Shown here in pieces: positions 8,976 through 17,800 of a stretch of 47,899 nucleotides of DNA. This DNA comes from Oscillospiraceae bacterium (GTDB taxonomy: Bacteria > Bacillota > Clostridia > Oscillospirales > Acutalibacteraceae), in contig CACZIY010000001.1 in NCBI GenBank assembly GCA_902781345.1, forward strand, positions 1-47,899. Reading direction: 5' to 3'. The notes below the pieces were generated by a model. It did no database searches and was not told the origin of the DNA. It saw only the letters and a program-made list of their open reading frames with translations. The translations under genes were made by a program, and so were the position numbers. The first letter of the stretch is position 1. Every line of letters begins with the position of its first letter.

Positions 8976-10391
8976 TTAAAATCTAAAATCACGGTCGCCT
9001 TGTTCGATTTTTTTCAAGCGTTCACGAACAATTTGCTTAACCTTATCTTTCCCTATATTTTCAATCTCTTTTTCAATAAGTTTTTCGCCGACTTGTTTTG
9101 TTTCAGGAGAAGCATAATCCTCTAAAAATTCTTTTAAAGTCATAAGCGCATTTGGATGGCAACAGTTTTGAATTTGTTTTGATTTGCAAAGTGCCATAAA
9201 TCTGTCGCCTGTTCTGCCCTCGCGGTAGCAAGCAGTACAGAATGACGGAATATAGCCAAAATCCATAAGCCATTTAACAACATCGTCAAGGGTTCGCTGG
9301 TCTGAAACATCAAACTGCTCTGTATCATGAGGACGCTCTTTTTCTGTGTAGCCGCCGACAGATGTTCTTGAAGCACCAGAAATTTGCGAAACGCCTAAAT
9401 GCAACATTTTTTCACGAACCTCTTGATTTTCTCTTGTTGAGATAATCATACCTGTGTAAGGAACTGCAACACGAATACAAGCGGCGATTTTTTCAAAAAT
9501 TTCATCTGAAATGCCGTTGTCAAAAGCATTTGGGTCAATATCATCTGCTCGTTTTACACGAGGTACTGAAATTGTGTGAGGACCTACACCGTGAACTGCC
9601 TCTAAGTGTTCAGCGTGCATTAAAAGTCCTGCAAATTCATATTTATACATTTCAAGTCCGAACAAAACGCCTAAGCCGACATCATCAATTCCGCCCTCCA
9701 TAGCTCTGTCCATAGCTTCGGTATGATATGCGTAATTGTGCTTTGGTCCTGTTGGATGAAGTTTTTCATAAGACTCTTTGTGATAGGTTTCTTGGAACAA
9801 AATGTATGTGCCTATTCCTGCGTCTTTCAGCTTTTTATAGTTTTCAACTGTGGTTGCGGCAATATTAACATTAACACGGCGGATTGCACCGTTTTTGTGC
9901 TGAATTGAATAGATAGTTTTAATGCACTCCAAAATGTACTCAATCGGGTTATTGACAGGGTCCTCGCCTGCCTCAATCGCAAGTCGTTTGTGTCCCATAT
10001 CTTGCAAAGCGATAACTTCGGCTTTAACTTCCTCTTGAGTTAATTTTTTACGAGCAATATGCTTGTTTTGATGATGATAAGGACAGTATACGCAACCGTT
10101 TACACAATAGTTTGAAAGATAAAGCGGCGCAAAAATTACAATACGATTGCCGTAAAAATCTTTCTTGATTTGCTCGGCTAATTTATAAACCTCGTTTATT
10201 TTTTCAGGGATTTCACAAGCGAGCAAAACGCTGGCTTCTCTATGAGAAAGTCCTTTTAGTTCTTTCGCTTTTTCTAAAATTTTATCAATAACTTCAACAT
10301 TGTTTTTATTTTTTTCAGCGTATTCTAAGGTTTCTAAAATTTCCTCATGGTTAATAAAATCTTCCGCTTTTAATGATTTTGGATTATACAT
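8976..10391 (-). CDS. hydG: [FeFe]-hydrogenase maturase HydG (radical SAM)
   Basis: CVNGCVYCPY radical-SAM motif. C-terminal CTACYR...C cluster motif. 471 aa. Confidence 0.9.
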   Translation of the reverse strand: MYNPKSLKAEDFINHEEILETLEYAEKNKNNVEVIDKILEKAKELKGLSHREASVLLACEIPEKINEVYKLAEQIKKDFYGNRIVIFAPLYLSNYCVNGCVYCPYHHQNKHIARKKLTQEEVKAEVIALQDMGHKRLAIEAGEDPVNNPIEYILECIKTIYSIQHKNGAIRRVNVNIAATTVENYKKLKDAGIGTYILFQETYHKESYEKLHPTGPKHNYAYHTEAMDRAMEGGIDDVGLGVLFGLEMYKYEFAGLLMHAEHLEAVHGVGPHTISVPRVKRADDIDPNAFDNGISDEIFEKIAACIRVAVPYTGMIISTRENQEVREKMLHLGVSQISGASRTSVGGYTEKERPHDTEQFDVSDQRTLDDVVKWLMDFGYIPSFCTACYREGRTGDRFMALCKSKQIQNCCHPNALMTLKEFLEDYASPETKQVGEKLIEKEIENIGKDKVKQIVRERLKKIEQGDRDFRF

Positions 10392-11448
10392 TTTTATTAT
10401 CTCCTTTTATAAAATTTATGTTATCGCCACGAGAAGTAACAATCTCGTAGCCTATACTTTTCATTCTGTTTGATAAACAAACTCTGCATTGTGCCGACTC
10501 TTCGCCTGTGCAGATTTTATTATCATACAGAGAATATTTTTTTCGTACCGAAACAGGCGATAAATTCGGCATTACAACATTAGCGCCTGCTAAAATGCCC
10601 TTTTCTCTGCCGTCAGATTTTGCGGTACCGAGTGCGGTAGTTGCAGGAAGTAAGACGCTTGGATTCATCAAGCGAATAATGCTTAAAAGTATCAAGGTTT
10701 TTCTTACACTGCCATTTTCAAAATCGCAAAAAGGCGTATCTTTATGCGACAAATACGGACCAATGCCGACCATTGCGGGCTGAAAATTTTTGATAAACCG
10801 CAAATCCTTAACCAGACAATCGGTAGTTTGATACGGTGAGCCCACCATAAAACCGCAACCCGTTTGATAGCCGATTTTTTTAAGTGTTTCAAGACATTTT
10901 ATGCGGTTATCAAAGCTCATATTTTCAGGGTGGAGCTTTTGATAATGATGTTTATCAGCGGTTTCGTGTCGCAACAAATAGCGGTTTGCGCCTGCTTCAA
11001 AAAGGCGCTTATAAGATTCTTCATCACGCTCGCCGATTGAAAGCGTTATAGCACAATCAGGATATTTTTCTCTGATAGTTTTTACAATTTCGCAAAGCAA
11101 ATCATCAGAATAAAAAACATCTTCGCCGCCTTGCAAAACGAATGTACGAAAACCGAGCTTATAGCCTTGCTCGCAACACTCATAAATTTGCTCTTTGCTT
11201 AAACGATAGCGTTCGGCGTTTTTATTAGCTGCCCGAATACCGCAGTAATAACAATTATTTTTGCAGTAGTTTGTAAACTCAATAAGTCCTCTGACAAAAA
11301 TCTGTTTGCCGTAAATTTCATTAGCTTTTTTGCGAGCTAATTTATTTAGATAATCTAAATCTTCATCGCTAATATTATCAATTAAAAGCTTTAACTCGCT
11401 ATCGGTTAAATCAGAGGTTTTTACTAATTTTTCAATTAATTCTCTCAT
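10384..11448 (-). CDS. hydE: [FeFe]-hydrogenase maturase HydE (radical SAM)
   Basis: CKNNCYYCGIRAANK radical-SAM motif. 354 aa. 8-nt overlap with hydG and 4-nt ATGA overlap with the upstream gene. Confidence 0.9.
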   Translation of the reverse strand: MRELIEKLVKTSDLTDSELKLLIDNISDEDLDYLNKLARKKANEIYGKQIFVRGLIEFTNYCKNNCYYCGIRAANKNAERYRLSKEQIYECCEQGYKLGFRTFVLQGGEDVFYSDDLLCEIVKTIREKYPDCAITLSIGERDEESYKRLFEAGANRYLLRHETADKHHYQKLHPENMSFDNRIKCLETLKKIGYQTGCGFMVGSPYQTTDCLVKDLRFIKNFQPAMVGIGPYLSHKDTPFCDFENGSVRKTLILLSIIRLMNPSVLLPATTALGTAKSDGREKGILAGANVVMPNLSPVSVRKKYSLYDNKICTGEESAQCRVCLSNRMKSIGYEIVTSRGDNINFIKGDNKNV

Positions 11449-11696
11449 TTTTTCTCGCTCGCATAAATGGTTTTTGCGGTAATACCTTGCAAACTTCCTA
11501 TTTTGCCTGAAAGTGCACTTGTTATATTTTGCGGTGCATCAAGTGTTACCGAAATAATATTTATTCCTTTTTCATGATAAGGAATACCCATTCTGCCGAT
11601 AATGTAAGAAGCGTATTGTGATAAAATTTTGTTAAGTTTTTCAACCGAATCGGTATTTTCAATTATTATGCCGATTAATGCTACTCTTGTATCCAT
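11445..11696 (-). CDS. TM1266-family putative iron-only hydrogenase system regulator (small ACT / NikR-C-like protein)
   Basis: 83 aa (RVALIGIIIEN...IIGRMGIPY...INIISVTLDAP). First gene of the hydEGF operon, the usual context for this family. Confidence 0.7.
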   Translation of the reverse strand: MDTRVALIGIIIENTDSVEKLNKILSQYASYIIGRMGIPYHEKGINIISVTLDAPQNITSALSGKIGSLQGITAKTIYASEKK

Positions 11697-11727
11697 TTTA
11701 CCTTACCTTTCTCAAGGAAACTTAAAT

Positions 11728-11760
11728 AAAAAAACCTTTTTCCGCAACACGAAAAAAGGC
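11728..11760 (-). terminator. Leader (attenuator-type) intrinsic terminator upstream of the hyd maturation operon
   Basis: In minus-strand RNA: CCUUUUUUCG / CGGAAAAAGG 10-bp stem with one G-U pair, 5-nt loop, then UUUUUUU. It ends about 30 nt before the ATG at 11696. Confidence 0.55.
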
Positions 11761-11872
11761 ATAATAAAACATATTGATTTTAAAGCCTTCTATCGCAAAT
11801 AAAACTATTTTTGATGTCAGAATATTTTTAAACGCTTTAATGTCAGGATTTACCTTTCATTTCAGTATTAAT

Positions 11873-11901
11873 ATTATAACACAAATAACAAGAAAAGTCA
11901 A
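11873..11901 (-). promoter_or_regulatory. Sigma-A promoter of the hyd maturation operon
   Basis: TTGACT (11901-11896), 17-nt spacer, TATAAT (11878-11873). Confidence 0.6.
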
Positions 11902-11908
11902 ACAAATT

Positions 11909-11940
11909 AAAAACGAGAAGTCTTTCGACTTCTCGCTTTT
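11909..11940 (-). terminator. Intrinsic terminator of metQNI
   Basis: CGAGAAGTC / GACTTCTCG stem followed by a T-run on the minus strand, 4 nt after the metI stop. Confidence 0.75.
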
Positions 11941-11943
11941 AGA

Positions 11944-12639
11944 TTAATTCTGTTTTAGACGCTTATCGAATTTTTTTGAAAGAAAAGTTCCGAGCGATTG
12001 AAAAATTTGCACTAAAAGAATTAAAAACAAAACCGCAAAAATCATCACAAGATATTGATAACGATAATAACCGTAGTTTATAGCAATTTTTCCAAGTCCG
12101 CCTCCTCCTATTATTCCGCTCATCGCAGAATAGCCTAAAACGGTAGTAATAGCTATTGTAGCATTTGAAATCAGTGAAGGTACACTTTCAGGTATCATAA
12201 CCTTTATTACAATTTGAAAAGGCGTCGCGCCCATACTTTGAGCGGTTTCAATTATATTGGGGTCAATCTCACGAAGTGAACTTTCAACAAGTCTTGCAAC
12301 AAATGGAAAAGCTGCAATTACCAACGGCACAACCGAAGCGGCTGTTCCTACAACCGTTCCCACAATAAGACGAGTTAGCGGAAATACTACAATCATAAGA
12401 ATTAAAAATGGGACTGAACGCAAAAGATTTATTATTACATCAATAGCTTTCAGAATAAGTTTCGGTATTTTCAAAACTCTGCCATTATCTCCGGCAACTA
12501 TCAAAACACCAAGTGGCAGCCCTATTATTATTGCAAAAAATGTTGAAAGTACAGTTACATAAAATGTTTCCCAAATCGCAAGCGGAATTTCTGTTTTAAT
12601 TATTTGCCAAGCACTTTGAAAAGATTCTGAATCAAACAC
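11944..12639 (-). CDS. metI: Methionine ABC transporter permease
   Basis: GTG start directly after the metN stop, with a GAGGAGG RBS. Five or six TM helices and an EAA-type loop (ETAQSMGATPFQIVIKVMIPE). Confidence 0.9.
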   Translation of the reverse strand: MFDSESFQSAWQIIKTEIPLAIWETFYVTVLSTFFAIIIGLPLGVLIVAGDNGRVLKIPKLILKAIDVIINLLRSVPFLILMIVVFPLTRLIVGTVVGTAASVVPLVIAAFPFVARLVESSLREIDPNIIETAQSMGATPFQIVIKVMIPESVPSLISNATIAITTVLGYSAMSGIIGGGGLGKIAINYGYYRYQYLVMIFAVLFLILLVQIFQSLGTFLSKKFDKRLKQN

Positions 12640-13641
12640 TTATTCCACCTCCTCAACAAAAATATCTTCAAATTCGTTTAAATAATCAGTCACTTCTTTA
12701 ATTTTTGTTTTATCAGCATTAATTTCCAGTAAAATATTGCCATACGCCTTTTTTCCGATTGATTTTGTTGAAGCACTCAAAATACTTGCAGCAATGCCTT
12801 TGTTTTTTGCAAGATTTGCAATAAAAGGTGTTTTTGCTGCAACTGCCCCGTTAAATACAACTCGAATATGATGTTCGTTTTCTTTACGAGGAAGAATATT
12901 CTGCTCACCCTCCGGAAAAACGAGTTGTTTAGCTGCCTTCGATTTTGGCGATGAAAAAATATCGCTGACTTTTCCGCATTCAACTACTTCACCATTATCC
13001 AAAATCGCTACTTTATCGCATATTTCCTCTACAACACTCATTTGATGAGTTATAACAACAACTGTTATGCCGAGTTTTTGATTAATCTCTTTGATTAACG
13101 ATAAAATCGAGTGAGTAGTCTGTGGGTCGAGTGCACTTGTAGCTTCGTCACACAAAAGAACACGAGGATTTGTTGCAATTGCTCTTGCAATGGCAATTCT
13201 TTGCTTTTGACCGCCTGAAAGTTGAGCAGGATAAACTTTTTCCTTGTCGGCAAGACCTACTACCTGTAAAAGCTCTCTTGCTTTTTGTTTGGCTTTTTCG
13301 CCTTTCAATCCCTCTAATTCGAGGGGAAAAAGCACATTTTTCAGACAATTTCTCTGCATAAGCAAATTAAAGCCCTGAAAAATCATTGAAATATTTCTAC
13401 GCTCTGCACGAAGCTGTTTTGATGAAAGAGTACCAATATTTTTTTCATCTATATAAACACTTCCTTGAGTAGGTTTTTCAAGCATATTTATACAGCGAAC
13501 AAGTGTACTTTTTCCTGAACCGCTCATACCAATAATTCCAAAAATTTCGCCATCATTTATTGAAAGTGAAATGTCTTTTAATGCCTCAACAGTACCATCA
13601 GCAGTAACAAAAGATTTTGATAAATTCTTTAATTCAATCAT
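12640..13641 (-). CDS. metN: Methionine ABC transporter ATP-binding protein
   Basis: Walker A GMSGSGKST, signature LSGGQKQR, Walker B LLCDE. C-terminal NIL/ACT-like domain. Start set at ATG 13641 (MIELKNL), which has a GAGGTG RBS, rather than the upstream GTG. Confidence 0.9.
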   Translation of the reverse strand: MIELKNLSKSFVTADGTVEALKDISLSINDGEIFGIIGMSGSGKSTLVRCINMLEKPTQGSVYIDEKNIGTLSSKQLRAERRNISMIFQGFNLLMQRNCLKNVLFPLELEGLKGEKAKQKARELLQVVGLADKEKVYPAQLSGGQKQRIAIARAIATNPRVLLCDEATSALDPQTTHSILSLIKEINQKLGITVVVITHQMSVVEEICDKVAILDNGEVVECGKVSDIFSSPKSKAAKQLVFPEGEQNILPRKENEHHIRVVFNGAVAAKTPFIANLAKNKGIAASILSASTKSIGKKAYGNILLEINADKTKIKEVTDYLNEFEDIFVEEVE

Positions 13642-13713
13642 ATGATTTTTCACCTCATTAAACACTTTAAGCCGACTGATTATTACAGCCGGCTAAAAAT
13701 ATGTCAGTAACTC

Positions 13714-14592
13714 TTATTTTAATGCATCAAGATTTGATTGCTTTCCGCCGTAAAGCCCCATTGGCTCAACATGAATTGCCGCAACCGATACAACCTTTGT
13801 GCCGTTTTCTTTGTTAAAATCATCAAGATAAGGCTGATGTTGGAAATAGTTCGCATCAATTTCACCGCTGTCAACAACCTTGTTAGGTTGAACATAATCA
13901 GTAAACTCTTTAATATCAAGTGTTATACCTTTTTTAGCAAGAATATCTTTTACAATTTTCAAAATCTCTGCGTGAGGTGTAGGAGAAGCAGCAACAGAAA
14001 TTGTTGTTTCTTTTAATTTATCGTAATCAACATCTTTATCATATCCGTCGCTCGGATTATCAACTGTGCTTACAACAGAACCGCTGTATTGCTCATTAAT
14101 GTAATCTACAACATTTTTGCTTTCAAGAGCGGCTTTTAAAACTTTAACTTTATCAATATTTTCATTGCCTTCTTTTACCGCGAGAATGTTTGCATAATCT
14201 GATGATGAATCTTCAATTGCAAGGGAATCTTTAACAGGGTTTAATTTTGCTTCTATTGCATAGTTTGAGTTAATAACTGCATAATCAACATCTTGCAAAA
14301 CATTTGGCAACTGAGCCGCCTCTACTTCTTTAAACTCAATATTGTTTTTATTTTCTACAATATCTTTTATTGTTGCAGTAATGCCTGCACCGTCTTTTAA
14401 TTTAATAAAACCTTGTTTTTCAAGTAAAAGCAAAGCACGTGCTTCGTTAGTTGTATCGTTTGGAACTGCTATTGTTACGGTTTCTTTTTTATCGCCGCTG
14501 TTAGACTCTGTATTGTTACCGCAAGAAGTTAAGGCAGTAACTGATGTTAATATTATAAAAGTAAAAATTAAAACTGATATTATTCTTTTCAT
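13714..14592 (-). CDS. metQ: MetQ/NlpA-family methionine-binding lipoprotein
   Basis: Signal peptide with lipobox LTSCG. NlpA-family body. Operon order metQ-metN-metI. Confidence 0.9.
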   Translation of the reverse strand: MKRIISVLIFTFIILTSVTALTSCGNNTESNSGDKKETVTIAVPNDTTNEARALLLLEKQGFIKLKDGAGITATIKDIVENKNNIEFKEVEAAQLPNVLQDVDYAVINSNYAIEAKLNPVKDSLAIEDSSSDYANILAVKEGNENIDKVKVLKAALESKNVVDYINEQYSGSVVSTVDNPSDGYDKDVDYDKLKETTISVAASPTPHAEILKIVKDILAKKGITLDIKEFTDYVQPNKVVDSGEIDANYFQHQPYLDDFNKENGTKVVSVAAIHVEPMGLYGGKQSNLDALK

Positions 14593-14655
14593 TTTGAATA
14601 CCTCTTTCTTATTTTTGATTAAATAGTTTATTTATTATTTATATAGAATAAGTTA

Positions 14656-14730
14656 TTATTTACACATTCGTTTTTTAAAGCAAATTATATTGCAACATCG
14701 TTCAAATTTTCTGAAACTTAAATTAATCAT
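14656..14730 (-). CDS. Candidate 24-aa Cys-rich small ORF (MINLSFRKFERCCNIICFKKRMCK) in the metQ leader
   Basis: AAAGGAGG lies 8 nt upstream of the ATG. A consensus promoter lies about 25 nt further upstream. Too short for the ORF track. Confidence 0.35.
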   Translation of the reverse strand: MINLSFRKFERCCNIICFKKRMCK

Positions 14731-14757
14731 ATTTGTTTCCTCCTTTTTGCAAGTTTT

Positions 14758-14786
14758 ATTATATGTTTTGTTGTGACATATGTCAA
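14758..14786 (-). promoter_or_regulatory. Sigma-A promoter of the sORF-metQNI unit
   Basis: TTGACA (14786-14781), 17-nt spacer, TATAAT (14763-14758). The -35 element sits inside the perfect palindrome TGACATATGTCA (14774-14785). Confidence 0.65.
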
Positions 14787-14826
14787 ATATATAAATAATA
14801 TACTTAGCAATAGATTTTTCCTATAT

Positions 14827-14860
14827 GAAAAAAAGACTGCCGTTTTCACGACAGTCTTTT
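14827..14860 (-). terminator. Intrinsic terminator of the S8 protease gene
   Basis: AAAGACUG..CG / CG..CAGUCUUU stem followed by U7 on the minus strand. Confidence 0.65.
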
Positions 14861-14875
14861 AAACTTTACCGATTA

Positions 14876-17800
14876 TTACTTTTTAAGTTGTTTTACAATA
14901 ATTGTACATTTAGCCTTTTTGCCGTTTTTGGTTTTAACCGTAATAACCGCTTTACCAGCACTCTTAGCGGTAACAACACCTTTTTTGTTTACTGAGGCAA
15001 CCTTTTTATTTGAAGAAGTAAATTTCACAGTTTTAACTGTTGCATTTGTAGGATTATACTTAACTTTAATTGTTACTTTTTTCTTGACATTTAAAGTTTT
15101 CTTCTTAAAGTTAAGTTTAATGCTTTTAACTGCAATATCGCTGAATTTTGCACTGACAGTAATATTCTTTGAAGTTAAAACAGATACTGAATTTTTAGTG
15201 TATTTTTTACCGTCTACTGTAAGTGAAGCAAATTTATGAGTTTTATCAGCCTTAGCGGTGATAGTTACATTTTGTCCTGGTAAATATTCGCCTGCACCGG
15301 TAATAGTACCGCCTTTAACCTTTGATTTTGTGATTTTAACATTACCTGTTTTAATTGAGAAACTATACATATTGTTTTCATCTTTATCAGTTTTAGGTGT
15401 TGCAGTATCATTATCTTTTGCCGACTTAAATCCTAATGCATAATCATCATCGTCATCGTCATCGTCATCATCATTAATAGAATGATTATAAATATAGTAT
15501 TTACCGCCTACGCTTGTTCCAATCATTTCATAATCTTCGTTGTCCTTTAAATAGTAACTTAAAGGTGAGAATTTATTAGTAGAAAGGTTGTAAGAAGCGA
15601 ATTGTCCCATTCCGCTAAATTCTTTTCCTGTGTAAATTACAGAGTCAGATGAAATGCCGCCTGAAACTTGGAATGCAGGTATCATTTTATAATTAACTTT
15701 TTTAATACGGGTTTCAAAGAAGTCGCCGAATTCAACATCATAAACAAAGTCGGTTTCTTCATCAGTTGCAATCATTCCAAAGTTATCAATACTATCAAAA
15801 GCAGGTGTTTGTGCATTTGAAACAGTCCATTTTGAACCGTCAAAAATCATAGTTTTTGGCGCATAATACAAATCTTGTTTTTTGGTTAATAAACTTCCGT
15901 CCCAACCAAATGAAACAACTAATTTATTACCGATTTGACGAACATCTGATAACGCTCTACCCTCCGGCATATCAGCGAGTGAGGACCATTTATCTGTCTT
16001 TTCGTTGAATACTCTTACCATTTTAGACATAAAGTTGTCTTCAATGCCGTTTTCAAGGTTAGAAACATTAACACCGCCGAGCAAATAGATTTTACCATTA
16101 TAAGCTGCTAACATTGAATTTGTGTATTGTTTTGCTGCTTTATCATCAGGCAAATTGCCTTCAACTGTCCATTTGAAAGTTTTAAAACTGAAACTTACAA
16201 GTTTATAGTGATTACCTGCAGTATAGAGATTTGTAATAAACCATAATTTGTTGTTTAAATAACAAGCATTGCCTTCGCAATAGAGATAACCTTTCATTAA
16301 GTCATCATCTTTAAACTCAGGATACAAACTATCTACATCAGGAGGAGTAGAGATTTCTTCAAAGTATTCATAAGTTTCAGCATCTTTACTATTTGCAAGA
16401 TATCTTCCTACTGCAACAGGTGAATCATAATCATCATCAAAATCACTCATACTACGAGGTTCGTTTTTCAATGAGATTGTAAGATTTGAAGGGTCAATCA
16501 AGAAAAGATTTGTACCATCAGAAACAAGTTGACTGCCGTCACCTGATGTGTAACTTGCTGTTGAGAATTTTGTGATAACGCCTATTACTTTTGTTTTAAT
16601 AGTTGCAGTACCGTTTACATTTTCAATAGCAACTTTTACATTTTTATAAGCAAATCCCGAAGCGTCAACAACAACTTTTGTATCTGATGAAGAAACTATT
16701 GTTGCTTCTTCTCCGTTGATATATGCTTTTGGAGCATCGCCAAAATATACACCCTCAACAGTTACTTTGTTATTCTCGCTTGTTGCGCTTGTAATTACAG
16801 GTGCAACACTATCAGTAGTTAATGCTTTTGATAAATCAAGAACACCGCCTGCAACAGTTTTTGTTTTGAGTTCATCAGTTTTTCTAACGCTATTCATAAC
16901 AAGTGCTTTAAGTTGAATAGGGTTTAAATCTTTATGTAAAGTGTTAAGCAATGCAACCGAACCTGTTACATACGGAGTTGCCATTGAAGTGCCGTTGTAA
17001 AAGTCATACTTTCCAAAAACAGAAGTATCTGAAACGGGCTTTGAAATACCTATATCATCAAAATATATTACATAGTCTTCATCGCTGTCTGCATTAATAC
17101 ACAAAGCAAATGTCAGCACACGATTCTGACCGTCTTTTTGAGCAGATTTAGGCTCAATATTTAAATGACTCCAGTAATTCATTTTGCCGTCGATGTATTG
17201 ACCTTCTTGCAATAAAACATTTAAGTTTTCAGAATCTTTTGCATCAACATCTGCGTAAACCAAAAATGATGATTCATCAGCAGTTAACTCATTATAATCA
17301 GGTGCTAATGCAAGGTAGTTAAAGCAATCTTGAACTGTACCTTCTTTACCTGCATTGCCAGATGCAGTATAAGGAACTTTGATATAAAAAACATCGCCTG
17401 TTTTAACATCGGAAACAGTTACCTTTGCACTTGAACCACCGATGCCAAAGAATTTCTCATTTGTTTTTTCAATTTTTATTGTTCCTTGAGTTTCTTTACC
17501 TTTTGTTAAAACAATGCCACTTGTATCATCTTCAAAATCCTTAAAGTATTGCGAAACAGCGGCACGTTTTTCACTGTTGTAAATAGTTGGATTATAACAA
17601 TCATAAGATACAGTTGATAAAATATCAGTACCAGGTGCTGCAACATCTACTGTTTCTGCACCATAGTTTGAAAAAGCAGCAAGTTCATCTTTTTCATTTG
17701 TAGCAGCAACAGAAATTACATAAGGACTATTAGTATTTGCAGGAGCAACATCAAGCGAATCGTTATTCTCACTTTCATTACCTGCTGCACAACAAATCAA

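Noticed and set aside
11814-14785. Shared TGACAT hexamer in the hyd leader (two copies) and in the met promoter palindrome, as evidence for a common regulator
   Set aside because: A hexamer is expected many times by chance in about 48 kb on two strands, and the flanking bases do not match. I treat it as coincidence unless a genome-wide motif search says otherwise.
14593-14875. Expected SAM-I (S-box) or other SAM riboswitch upstream of metQNI
   Set aside because: I looked on the minus strand for the conserved S-box cores and for any terminator/antiterminator pair. I found neither, only a promoter, the sORF and AT-rich spacer.
15443-15472. Poly-Asp codon run as a slipped-strand phase-variation tract
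   Set aside because: The tract is a mixed GAT/GAC trinucleotide run. Length changes would stay in frame, so it cannot act as an on/off switch. It is more likely a flexible acidic linker.
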